A stretch of DNA of 64,000 nt, from contig JAVECL010000023.1 in assembly GCA_051942245.1 (NCBI GenBank), positions 1 to 64,000 on the forward strand. The letters run 5' to 3'. This DNA is from Trypethelium eluteriae (taxonomy: Eukaryota). Position 1 is the stretch's first letter, and every line of letters begins with the position of its first letter. The position numbers and the translations under genes are program-made. The notes under the pieces are model-generated. The model saw only the letters and a list, made by a program, of their open reading frames with translations. It made no database searches and was not told the origin of the DNA. Positions 23,315 to 36,374 of the stretch are shown here, piece after piece.

Positions 23315-23819
23315 CTTGACAGGCACTGAGCGAGCGCTATCGCTGTGGGGTGACCGTAATTTGACGAGCTGCTGAGCCGAGAAGCCCAGGGAATGTGGGT
23401 GTTGAACTCGGTTGATCTCATTTAGGTTATACTTAGGTACCTAGTTAGCTCAGGTGTGGGTCAGGTTTGGCATATACTCTAGTCACATCGCTGCAACCAG
23501 TTTTGTTCACTAATCGTTTCTGTCCAAAGGTGGGAAAGGAAATGGGTGAATCTGGTCAGCACTTGTGGTTCTGCCTGTGGCGTGTTCTATCTCATGGCGC
23601 GCCGTGAGCGTAAGATATTGACTGCGCGAGGAGGGAAATCCAGGGCGCCGATCTCCCGCTCAGTTCAACGCTAACGTCACACCTGCCACATGAACGTACC
23701 TTATTGAATACCGTGCGTGCTAGAATGGAGTGAGCTAAGCAGAACAAGTCTGACCCGCTTCATTTTAATCAAACTCAGATCTCTTCTTTGCTACCTAATC
23801 GGAGTTATGTTATGATGAG

Positions 23820-25321
23820 ATGGCGGATTTTGATATCACTCCTCTGGAGCGTTTCGCCGGTACCAGTGCAGCCATCAAGCGTCCCACTGTCGTTATGCAC
23901 CCCCTCACTTCTCCTGCTCCCGTGCTGATACTGTGCAAAAGGAGATTACTTGTTTTTCTTTCGACGAAAGCCATGAATATCAGCCAGATGATTCTTCCCT
24001 GCACTACTACTACCCAACTCAAATTGGGGTCGATCTTTCCCAAGGATATGACAAATTCCGCAGACTGGATGATACTAGGGACGATCACCTTGATGCGTTA
24101 CTGCAAGCAATCATGGAGCTAGAGATGAGAACTGGCGAGAAATGTGAAGCCGACATCATTACGTGGAGAGGCATGATGACGAAGGTATGCTACCTGAAGT
24201 CTCATATTAGATGACAGGTACTCATTGTTGCAGATCATGGCTACACCCTACGATAACTTAAATGAGTAAGACCGAAGCTCCAGCCTTGGAAGTTTCATTG
24301 CTGATTTGCAAGCTTTGAAATGAATGCAACGTGTTTTCAAGTTTGCGGCTCGATCTAATAATGGAAGATAGTGAACTAATAGGGCATCAAGGGTACAATG
24401 TGAGTCGGCTTCTCGCGCGATCGTTTCCAGCAGAATTCATTACCCAAAACTACAACCACACCCTTTGTTGACACCCAGCAGCTTCTTAGAAGAACATCAC
24501 GATCATAAGTTAGCCTCGCGTGAGGAGCAACTGAGGTCCACACGGACTGGCGCTCCTCAAGACCTAATGATGTACTGGGGTAAGCAGACATTTGAGGTTC
24601 TGGAGATGATGCTGCTCATTACAATCTAGGATACAAGTTTGAGGCGCTTTCCTTGTTGCCAACGCCGTGGGGCCAGACTTCTCGAGACTATATCGAAAAC
24701 CGCGATCAACAAATTGTCAGCAATTACGCACAGTACTGCTCGGTAGTCCGTACGGGTATTGGAGGGAAGATGCTGATCCTAGGCGGTGAAGTTGATGGTA
24801 TCTGGGATGCAAAGCCTGCCGACCCTAACCAGGGCATTAACTGGGTTGAGCTCAAAACTACGGCGAAACCGAACAAATCACCTGGCGGAATGCTTACGTA
24901 CGAGCGAAAGCTCCTCAAGTATTGGATCCAGTCGTTTCTATTAGGTGTACCAAAGATCATAGTTGGATTTCGTGATCGAGGAGGTATCCTAGTCGGACAA
25001 GAAGAATTGGAGACTAAGAAAATACCAGGGACTGTCGCGAGGGTCGGTCAAGCCTCCTGGGATGGCAATGTTTGCATCAATTTCGCAGCGGCCTTTCTAG
25101 AACGTGCGTATCCGATCCCATCTTGTACCTTGATGCTAATTCATATAGATCTGCGCAATACCATCACCGGCGAAGGCGTGTGGAGGATCCGCCATAGGCA
25201 TAGAAGTGGGCCAGTGGAGATTTTCAAGATAGAGGAGTCAGGCCACGGTGGTATTTTGTCCCAACAATTCAAAGACTGGCGACAGCGGACCCTCGCCACA
25301 GAAGTTGCCGGATTGCTGTAG
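23820..25321 (+). CDS. RAI1: Rai1/DXO-family decapping nuclease, multi-exon
   Basis: Spliced motifs EITCFSFD, ADIITWRGMMTK, YWGYKFE, QYCSVVRTGIG, LILGGEVD, WVELKT, KLLKYWIQSFLLGVPKIIVGFRD. Confidence 0.92.
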
Positions 25322-26239
25322 CTGGATTGAGATGGTCTTTCAAGAGCCATCCACCTTCTTATACCGGAACAATCCACCTGCCCTCCGCCCTTGCCAGTCA
25401 TAGTACCTGACTTTCCTTATCGGATTCTTAACACTGTTTCCAAGGTCTTCTGAAAACTCCAGCTTCTGTAGCGTTATACGTTGCTGGTCCTTCGTGCGAC
25501 GGCTACCATAAACCCGTTAAGAGGGTGGTCCCTTGGTCCCTTCCAAGACTTGACAATACTCATCAAGACGACCTCCATCTGTTTACTTAGCACCATAATT
25601 CTAAGCCGAAGTCGATTCTTGCTGTGATAAACTTCCGTTCCATTTTCTCGTCGTGATGTTGGTGCAATTATACGATATACGATAGAAATACGATTTCCGC
25701 TATGGAAAATGTTATTTGTTTACCTTGGCTTAATCTGAGATGAGCGATTTTTTTTTAAACATAATTTATTGAAATACTGGTTTGGAAAAGGGCAGAAATC
25801 GCCCCTCTATGGCCTATAGAGAGAGCATGAGTTGAGAAAGACCACTAGGAGAGGAGCATGAAATGGTGGTGGTGGGGAGAGACCTCGGCGCACCATGTCT
25901 ACGTCACCTGGTCTCGCCAGTCACTGGTGTACGGACTGACGAGCTCCTTAATTAGGTATCTAACCTAGTCCTTTGAAGTCTTTGGTACGTACAAGCCACA
26001 TCGCAGATCATACGACGCGTGCAGCTGCTCATGCCCCCCCCTTTGAGGAAAATGCCAAAATTTGTCTTAGCTACATGAGGCATCAGAGCTACTGTATTCT
26101 TCAGCGTGACGATTGACCAAGTCTCCTCCAGCACGGGTCCGTAGATTGAGACGGCTTCATAATCTGGACGCCCGCCGTTCAACAAAGCTGGCACTATGAG
26201 CAAAGCATCCGTCTGCCTATGCGCTCTCGATGTCCAGCA

Positions 26240-27919
26240 ATGTGGAGGCGTGCATATTTACTGCTGGTAGCAGTACGGCTTTATTTCGCGCTGTCGCCCA
26301 GCTACCTTCACCCAGATGAACATTTCCAAGGCCCCGAAGTCATCGCTAGTATGTATTCCCTATCGTCTCTTGCTCTATGTTGAGTAGGCTCTGTGTCGCT
26401 GACTAGAACCTCTCAGATCGCATCTTTAACTATCCTTCGTCGCCGACCTGGGAATTTACTAGCAGTCATCCTATCCGCAGCGCATTCCCGCTATGGCTTG
26501 TCTACGGCACGCCCATGTATATCCTCCGCTGGCTTTGGCAAGGCTTTCGTCACGATGAGCCGCCTCCATGGCTGACATTCTATATGTTACGAGGGGTAAT
26601 GTTTACATGCAGCTTCGTGTTGGAAGATTGGGCGCTGCACGAACTAGTACCCGTTACGAAACAACGTCGCTTGGCCATCATCCTAGTTGCGTCGAGCTAT
26701 GTGACGTGGACCTGGCAGACGCATACCTTTTCGAACTCGATCGAGACCTTGTTGGTTCTGTGGTGTTTGGTGCTCGTAGAACGCGTCAAAGGTGAGACAC
26801 GCGGGTCTCCACAAAAGCGTTCAAGATTTGCACCGCTCGCAACATTTGCATTCTTACTCGCCCTCGGTATTTTCAATCGTATAACATTTCCTGCATTTGT
26901 CCTTGTCCCTACTTTGCAATTGATACCCCATCTCCGTCGTAGGTGAGGGAACCCGAGATCCCGCTCTGAACAGCAGATACGCTAACATTGAGAATAGACC
27001 TTGGTCTTTGTTGTTCCTGATCGTAGTCGGCGCGCTCACAGCATTATCTGCCATCGTGATCGATACGAACTTCTACCAACCCATGTCCTTTGATTTGTAC
27101 ACTTTGGTCCAGAAGCCTACTATCACCCCTTTGAATAATTTTCTCTACAATACGGTCACAGAAAACCTGTCCCAGCACGGTCTCCATCCATTCTATCAAC
27201 ATATGTTGGTAAACCTTCCTCAATTCCTCGGACCGGCATTCCCGCTTCTTCTCTTGTCTCCTCGGCTCAGCACTCGTCTGTTTTCGGCGCTTGTAGGCTG
27301 CGCGCTGCTGTCCTTGTTCCCACACCAAGAAGCGCGATTTCTCCTCCCGGCAGTACCGCTACTACTTTCAAGCATACGGCTTCCAAAAAGGCAAACTCGC
27401 ACGTGGATAGGGGTTTGGATAATATTCAATGGAGTATTAGGCCTATTTATGGGTGTGTTCCACCAAGGCGGTGTTGTACCCGCACAGCTTCATGTTGGAA
27501 GAGAATGGAACGGAAAGATTGGGACAGTAATCTGGTGGAAAACATACCCCCCTCCAACTTGGCTGTTAGGCAGCAGACAAGGCCAAGTGTCTGGAAACAT
27601 TGAGACCGTAAATCTCATGGGCGCGAAGACAGGTGTCATTATTGAGGCTATCGCTGAATCCGTGTGCGAAAAGGAAAGCGAGTTAACTTTGGTCGTCGCG
27701 CCACGCTCTGCTGGTGTTCCTGCATTGGCGGACCTCAGCAACTCTCTAACGCCAAGAGCTGGTAGCAAAGATACAGGGATCATGCAGACATGGAGTTATT
27801 ACCAGCATGTAAATCTAGATGATCTAGACTGGGCCCAGGACAGCGTGTGGGGAACATTGGGCAGGGTAGTGCGGGAGCAGGGGATTGCCATATATGCCGT
27901 GTCGGCGACCTGTAATTAG
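26240..27919 (+). CDS. SMP3: GPI mannosyltransferase 4 (Smp3/PIG-Z, Alg9-like family), 3 exons
   Basis: [77 protein letters not shown]. Confidence 0.9.
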
Positions 27920-28497
27920 CTTAAGAATAGTAGAAATCTACGCGTTGCGTGGTGTTTTGATCATGCAGAGCTAATACCCCCGATGCGTAGACTTGAGCAA
28001 ATCATGGTCGATCTAGTGTATCTGCCGGACTGAACGGAGTTTGCTGAGATGCTGAGGTCACCTTTTCTAGGCTGACTATTCCGGCGGTGGCGGATGTGGA
28101 GGGCGTCCACTGACCTTCAGTATTAAGAGTGCCGGTCCTTTCAGCACTCACCATTCGTGACGGCGCTACTGCTTTATTCACCTGCCGTAGCTATAAGTAA
28201 ATTGGTCTACTGAATCATCTCCAGCCTTTGTCTCGATTGTCTCCCGTCTTTCTCTCCAGATACAATATCCGCTGGTCGGAAAAGATTCATGGGTTTCAAG
28301 GCACGTCAACCAGAAAGAACATTTTGAGTGAACACTTGTGCTGCTCCATCTTTCAAGAAGCAAAATTTGTCAAGTCTGGTAGTAGGTCGGAGAGCTAAGC
28401 GGGCCACTCTTCATCTGATTGGGTTATCGGTCGTTTCTGTTCTCAAAGTGCTATCCTACTGGCGATAAGACGGTAGGGAGAGAAGGAAAGAGACAGA

Positions 28498-30104
28498 ATG
28501 CCAATTTTGTCAAAGGCACTGCCAGGCTATTCCGGAAGATTTGGTGTTGGTGCTGTAGATGTCGAGATACCGGCTGAAAATCAGAAAATCATCGGGAAAG
28601 CAACCTTTAAGAGTAATAACAATGCAGCCTTGCAGGTCGGTACTCGCCCCTCACCTTTCACCAGTTGAGATGGGAAGACTAACTCAATCGAATAAATCCG
28701 TAGCTTGAGACGGTCTTATTTACTCTCTATTATCCGTCCATTAAGGCGTCTTCTCATCCTCAGCATCACCAAAGACATTACTGGATTCCACGTCCCATTT
28801 CCCTCGTTGCTACTGGCTATGCGTGCTTTGCGCACATCAGCTCCGTGCTCATCAATTGGATCGTTGGCCTGACCCTTTGGGCTCTTGCTGGATCAACTAA
28901 GATTCCCGCCGTCGTTGATGCGCCAATTTTTGGTTCAAAGTCGTTTGAAGACTCCGCTGTTGATCTCGGTGCGGATATCATGAAGCAGGACTGGACTAGC
29001 AAGTTCCCAATTATCATTTTCTCCCACGGTATGGCAGGAATGCGGACAAGTTACTCTCAATATTGCGGCGAGCTTGCCAGTCGCGGATACGTTGTTGCTG
29101 CCCTTGAACATCGAGATGGGAGTGGCCCTGGCACAGTCATTCAGAGACAGGATGCTAAAGATCGCAAGATTCTGCATATTCCCTTCGAGCAAGTCAAGTA
29201 TGCCATCTCTATACCCTCGAAATAGACTATCTATACTGACTGTTGAACTGTCAGAGCCAAGGATGGTGGAAGATATCTTGCGGAAGACTTCAAAACAGAT
29301 CAGAAGGCCTTTCGCTCCGTCGAAGTCGAAGAAACCATTGTTATCTTAAGAAAACTGTATAATGGCCATGGTCTATCAATTGCCAAGCTCAATACCCGTG
29401 ATGAAGGCGCTACTGTCCTCGCTGATCTGAAAAACCGTCTCGATCTCTCCAATATCATTATTGCTGGTCACTCTTATGGGGCTACTCTAGCCATACAGAC
29501 CCTATCCTCGTCTCCAAACCCAAGGTTACCATTTAAAGGGGCCATAATCTTAGACCCGGGGAAACGCAGTGGCAAACTCAACGAAGATGTCAAAGTCCCG
29601 ACACTTATCGTCAATTCGGGCTCGTGGAGTCGCGATCCGGCGTTCTTCAATCACGTCAAAGCGCTTACTCAACGCATCAGGAATAAGTCGAATGGAGGAA
29701 AGGCTTGGTTTCTAACCCTGCTTCACACAGCACATCCCTCGGTAACTGATGCGCCCCTTATCGAGCCGTGGTTACTAAATTACGCAACTGGAGCGAGCCT
29801 CGAGGCACAGGTTGCTTTAAAGGCGTTCGTACATATTTCTGACGATTTTGTCCGCTTCGTTACCTCGCGCGGAAACGGGATGGGGCTAACTCTGAAAAAT
29901 GAGATACATGATCCCGACGGTGAGCTTGTTAGAAGGCAAGAAAACTCCAAGCAGGATCCAACAGATCCGAGCGTGATCAGAAGGACCGGTGAAGGGCCTA
30001 GTCTTTCGAGACAGGCATTCAAGAGAAAGGGAGGAGGACCGCAGTGGGCGGTCCATGTAGCACCCCTTGCGGCATCTCAGAAAGTGCTGCAAGGGAACGA
30101 TTAA
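28498..30104 (+). CDS. Platelet-activating factor acetylhydrolase-family alpha/beta hydrolase, 3 exons
   Basis: [46 protein letters not shown], nucleophile GHSYG, LDPGK, HPSVTD. Confidence 0.85.
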
Positions 30105-30428
30105 GCCTAATAGAGACCTCTGCATCGTCTGCATTGTCTGCATTGGCTCATAGACGTATACCAAAGCATATAGGGATTGGGCCAAATAGATCCATAAATG
30201 GCACTGGCGTTTTGGCTAGGGTATCCATACGAAATGGTGCTTCACTTGACGCATCATCAGACATAGAGGTATACCAAAGGTCATGGCACAGACTGATTGC
30301 TATATCTCTGCCTGGTCATAGCTAATGAAGCGAAACACGCAATACTGCATTTTGCTTCAAGGTTTGCTTGTTCAATGCTCAATCCCCATGATCTCGTAAT
30401 GTCTCACCCATCAAATACGAAAATGGTA

Positions 30429-33400
30429 TCAATCCGAAAGCTCAAATGCGTCCTCAACGCTTGCCCCGGTTTTTCCTTTCGGATCGAAAGGTGGGAGCGA
30501 GGATCCGAACGCCTTATTAGATGCGCTCAACAGGAAGCCGAATTGGGAAGCTGATGGTGTAGGGAGTGTCTCCCCTTCAGCCTCGTCTTCATCTTCATCT
30601 TCTTCATCCTCATCCTCATACTCACCCTCATCTTGTCCATCTTCATACTCAGCTTCTACTTCGTCTTCGTATTCCTCATCGTACTCTTCATCCTCATTCA
30701 GATATTGCTCTTCGCCGTCCTCTTCATCATTGGTATCATCGTCTGTCAGCGTTCCATCCCCGCTATCTTCATCATCCATGTCTTGTATGGTGTGTGATCT
30801 GACGAAACCGACTGGTGACGGACTGATGCGCGTATGTCCATCGCTAAGACCGTCTTTTATGGCTGAGTCACGCCCTCCTCTATTGGTGAGACTCTGCGCT
30901 GGTTCATCGCTGACGTCTCCATCCGAACGACCCTCCTGCTCTGCGCTAGTCAGTCTGCCCTTGCCATTCCACTTCCCATACATCTCCCTGGGCACGAAAA
31001 CGCTCTGTCTATTTCTGTACTTAGGCATGTTTTGATCCCATTCCCCATTGTTCAATGTGACACTTCCAGATCCACCGAGGTCACCATCCGAGTGCTGAGA
31101 TCTAGGCTGCGAGGATGCATGACTCTGACTCTGTTCCTCTTTTTTCCTCTCCTCTTGGAAAAAATTAATGCTTTCCGCCATTACCTGTCGTAGCTGTCGA
31201 GATTGGGCGAAGAAGTCTGATTCCTCTTCCACAGACTGGGTGCGTGACTGTATTTGCAGTGCTTCTTGTGGCGGGCTACTTTGAGATAGGCGAGACGAAG
31301 GCCGATTTCGCGGACGTATGTTAGACATGGCATGAGCGAATCCTTCACGAGCCCGGCGAGCTCGCGCAAGGAGAGCCTCGTCTGCCGCTTCAGTGCCGGT
31401 CCGATGCTGGTGTGAGGTGGCAGATGAGTAGTTGGAGCCATGGATTTCCCGAGAGCGAATTCGAGGAACTGTTGCTGGAGTCGTAGACGCCACTTTTTCA
31501 ACACCAAGAGGATGGAGGTCATGTTGGACTTGCAATTTCTTCCGCTCCGGCTCCGAATCCTGCATTTCCTCTGCATCATGCAGCACGGTATTGGATATTG
31601 GGGATGTCGTAGATGATTGCCTTATACGCTTGCGATTTGGATTGGTATTAGGAATGATGCCCATGGCTCTCAATCTAAAGTATGAGGACTGCGTTGTGCT
31701 ACCTTGCTCAGAAGGACTGTGTCTGGAGTTGCCCGCAGAAGTAGGATTGCCGGGGACTGATGAGCTCGCGGCTACGCCGTCTTCTGCGACATGTTCCGCC
31801 GGGGTTCGTAAGTCTTGCTGCAGTGTTGGAGTGGTTTGAGCACGCGCTCGACCTCGAGGTTGGATAAGGGTCGCAGGATCACGAATATGCTCAAACATGA
31901 GAGGATCGCCAAGTGGACTAGTGGTGCTCATGCTATTTGAATTGGAGACAGATGGCTCGCTCCGATATTTCTTTCTTTTGGTCGTATCTTCGACAGCATC
32001 CAGTTCCGAATCACCAAGAAGGCTTCCTGTATGTCCAGATGGCGCCTGTGGGTGCTTTCGCTTTAATGTATTTTCCGTCCCGCCTCTCCCTAATGCTCTT
32101 TGTCCCCGATTCTCAGTAGTAAGGAGTCGCTTTCTTTCATTCTGCGTTGTCAATTCTCGGATTTTCTTTTTCCTGAGCTCGCGACCTCTATTAGCAAGTC
32201 GCCTTTTCCAGGAATTCTCCCGCCACAACCGTCCGAATTTACGGGCAAGGTAAACCCTTCGTATTTCCGCTGATGTGCGATAAGTAAATATCTTATGAAA
32301 GATTACGGAGTTAAAGGTCAGAACATACCGGCTTTCCGTGCGCATTCCTCAGCCTTAAACTGTTCAAGGGCACGTTCTACCTCTCGGTCGCTAATAAACT
32401 CCACGAACTGGCTCATGAGACCTGTGTTTTCATCCAGTAGCACCTGGTATGTCAAAGCATCAAGGACATTTACTCTTGTATTGATGTCTGATGGTGAAGC
32501 TACTGGCGATCGGATGGCGCTTGTGGAAGACATCTGGTCTCTCGTGGAAAGCTGTAGTCGCTGCGCTTCAATAGCTTCAGAAGGTAGTTCAAGCGAAGGT
32601 GAGGTGTCTTTCGGAAACGTGGTTACGTGCGATAGCGGGCTAGGACGGGTAGGTTGATGCTTGTTCTGGTACACAGGTGACGCTCTGAACACCGTAGGAG
32701 ACGCTGAAGATGGACTGCCCAAAACCTGTGTCGCCGCTGATGGTGCTGGTTGTTCATTTGACTTCGGTTGCTTTTTCGGAGCGTCAACACCAATTGAAGC
32801 TTTGAGTGGATTGAAGAGAGTGTTCGCAGGTTGTGCTGTTGGCAGGTTGACCGAGCCCGGATGAGCAACCTTTGAGGCTTCAAATATACCCTGTGTGGAA
32901 GGTTGTGACTGATGTGGAGAGCCTGTTGAGCTCCCTGGACTTTGAGCTCTGATAGGAGACGAGCCCTCGATTTTCTCACTGCCATGTAGCGGGTCTGTGG
33001 AGGGGAACGGCTGATGCCGCCACTCCTGAGTCGGAATGACCTGTGTTTGAGTTGCCAATGAAGAGAAGGATGGCTTTTCAGTTTCGTTGTGAGGCATTAT
33101 GACAGGTGTAGAAGCGGGGACCGAGGCCGTTCCGTTTGAATGCCTTTGACTCGAGTCCCCGGCCGGAGAAGCCGTGGTCTTTGCAAACGGGTTGACAATA
33201 GTAGAAGATGAACCAGTGGCCCTTGACATCTCAGTCGGAGAAAATGGGTTAAAATGTTTGAAAGTAGACATCGCTGGCTTATCTCTTCCAGTGCTGGGAA
33301 AAGCGGGTGGGTCCATTGTGGATGACGGCATAGTTGTAGTCTCTTTCATTTCCTCTCTCTCAGTAGGCTTATTAGTTGTAAAAGGAGAAGTTAGGAGTGG

Positions 33401-35664
33401 CGGGGCTTGTTTTGTTGAGTCGTGAGAAAGAGACTGCTCGGTCGGGTTGCTTGGTGGAAATGCCGAGGAAAATGCTGTAATGCCGCTAGTAAGATTGTTG
33501 CTGCTGCTGCTAAGCGTCGGACTAGGGGTTTCAAATCCAGAAGATGTCGTAGTTATCGAAGAGCCGCTATTTAGAAGTTGAGAAGGCTTGCCGAAATTAG
33601 ACAGGGTCGCAGTCGATTTGGATGTCCCAAAATTTCCATCGAGCGGCGTGCTGGGAGCGAAAGGATTGTTCAGTGGTGTGGATAGATCACCATTTATTCG
33701 GTTATTTGACTGATCGGAAACCTTTGGAAAAGAGAAAGGATTCTGAACTGCCTGGTACTCATTCGCCGTTCCGATGGCCTTGGTCTCTGGATTTTTCATT
33801 TGCTCTGTTCGGTCGTGTATACCCTCCTGATCCTGATGGCCTTCAAAAATGCTTGCAGCTCTGGATACTTGGCCATGGTTGATCTGTTCAATGGCTGGTA
33901 TGAAAAGCGAATCACTTGCTACGGCCTCATCCGCACCAGTCTCATCTTCACTCTCCTCGACCAGGCCCGAGTCTTGAGCCTCTTGTACAGTCATGGAATT
34001 GATTATGGCCGAGAATGTGCGTCCATGTCGTTTGGTCTCGACGAGCTTGTGAGAGAAGGACTGATGACTTGTATTGCTCAAAGGGTCAGGACCTTGGGTT
34101 CCACGCACAGAAGTAAGGTCGAGATACGATGCGCCATCCTCTCCCTCGGCTAAAGTAAAACCATGCTGGTCGCAGAAAGTTTGCGCTTCACTCTCGTCGT
34201 CAAAGGCCAGAGTATCGACTAATTTGTTCAAGGTCCAGTCTTCGACTTTGACTTTTCCCCCTCGATAATACGCGCGACAGAGTTCAACGAGAGCTGTCTT
34301 TCGAATGACTGTGAAATAAATTTCGGCAACACAACCCATCAAGTATGATGTGCTAGTTGACTGGACCAGAGACCAAAATCTTGCCCAGTTCGCTTCTACT
34401 GTAAGACACGACCGACAAAGCTTCAGAACATTTTGCGAAACACGAACGTTTGCAGCGGCAACATACAACTCGAAAGCTGTTCGCACTCGTGGGTCTTGGG
34501 AGATATTTGAGGGTAAGGCCTGCAACGTGTCTCCAAAGTCCAGGTCGGGGTCCTGGATTTGGAAGAGAATGCAATAGGCACGAAACTCAGCCTCATTTGG
34601 AGCTTGGTAGATATGTCGGTTATCGTCATAATATTGCATGAGTGATAGAAATGTCCTGTCGAGTTGCTCCCGTTCTTGATAGGCATCATAAGTATCGTAG
34701 GGTTTGTCCGATTGAGCCAGCTGATGAAGAGACAAGATATGGAAACGTGCTATTCGCTCGTAACAATCGATAGCAATCCGAACGTCCGGAAGCCTAGTAA
34801 GTTGCTGAATTGAAAAATCATTGCGAATAGCCCGTGTTCGGTCCCAGACAAAATGGTGAATGCTTCTAAGAGCAGGTTTCTCGTTTATGAGATTGTTGAA
34901 TAGATAGTCAACAGTTTTCTATGTGTGTAAGTCGTATGTTTGATGGGCAGGATCGCATGGGGACTGACCTGAAGAATTGGTGGTGGACGTAGGTCAGATG
35001 GTAATTGTTCCTCTAGGCCTGCAGCAGCACGCCGGAACTTCTTGACCATGCGTTTTTCAGCTACGACCTTTTCTGGTAGCCGTGCCGGATCCTGCTGTTG
35101 AGTGAGTTGTTGTCTTTGAAAGATGTTCTTAAACACGTATATGCGCACCCATTCTTCTTTCCAGACGTCCTTTTGAACAATCCTCCCAACCCGCTCGTAT
35201 TCTGGGCACATATCCTGGCATGTCCCTGTAGGTTTGATAGCCTCGTCAAGCTGCCTTGGCTTGTCTGGGTCAGCGATAAGCCCCTTGGCGATTGCATCGG
35301 CATGTTCTCGGTCGTGGGCCTTCTTAAGCTGAAACAAAGGCGTTTGAGTCAGTTTTGATTTAGATCGCGACTCGACAGACTTGTAAAGCCTTACCACATT
35401 CCACCGATCTTGAGAACTCCCTGTCGCTGTAGTCTCTCGACTCGAGGTTCGAGGAATCGAGTTCGTTGCTTTGTCTGTTTTCGAGTCTGGAGGTGCCGTG
35501 ATATTTCTTTGCTCCTGCGCGAAGTTTCGCGCGCCTGGTGTTCGACGATTTTGACTAGCCATTGGCTCTTTGATCTTCACGGGTTTCTCTCTCCGACTCT
35601 CAGAGCTCCGACCCTTTGGGACATGGCCTCTACCCCTTCCTCCTCGCTGCATGGCTGCGAACAT
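30429..35664 (-). CDS. SAC3: SAC3/GANP-domain mRNA export factor (TREX-2 scaffold), 5 exons
   Basis: GTCQDMCPEYER, MVKKFRRAAAG, LPSDLRPP, HHFVWDRTRAIRNDFSIQ, NEAEFRAY; NPF/FG-rich disordered middle; end KGKTGASVEDAFELSD. Confidence 0.9.
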
Positions 35665-36374
35665 GCCTGCAGCTACGCCTGAAAGACAGCGTTGTCATCT
35701 GTGGAGATCGTGATGGGGAAAGTCGGTGAGGTGGGTGGCAGTAGGTATGAGTCGTCACTACACGAGATATCGGAAAGGTTCGTGGTGGTGGGCTTTGTGA
35801 TGGTCGCGCGTCATATGCAGACTTTCAGCGACAGTGAATTAGGTACCTTAGGTACAATACCGCGGGGAATGTTCGGCAAAATATCGGCCCTTGTAGCTAC
35901 ATGAAATACAAGGTCTTGCCCTTGTTGCTAAGCACGCTAAGGTACCTTGTATACTAGTACGACGCAATGCTGGATGAAATAACCGAAAGCTCTCCGATTA
36001 CTAGAATGCTATGGAGTGCACACATTGCCAGCTAACTCTTGAGCAGATCGCATCATATTAGATACGCTTCCTTCCTAATCTCACCACAAACAGACCGTGA
36101 ATTTTGCCCATCCTCCATGGCAAACCGAAATTGGTAGTCAGAATTTTCGTGCGAGAACGCTTGGACGACACGAAAGATTAGTCCTACCGGCGCGAGATAC
36201 AAGAGTAGCATTCGCTATAAAGTGAGCACTTTTCAGAAGAATATTATGAAGTTCTGGGAAGCATCAGACAGTCCGTTACGACGCGAAAGAGGGTACCTGG
36301 GTTGAGGGTCGGCGACCTCTGGTTGAGCCGAAAAAGGAGCAAGAGGCGGTAAGGTCCAGCCAAGTCAATTATAC

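Noticed and set aside
20768..23462. Possible degenerate terminal inverted repeats around the orphan/GNAT pair (CCCACAC...TAGGTA...AAGT at both ends)
   Set aside because: The alignment needs several gaps, rests largely on the window-wide TAGGTA motif, and there is no target-site duplication or transposase.
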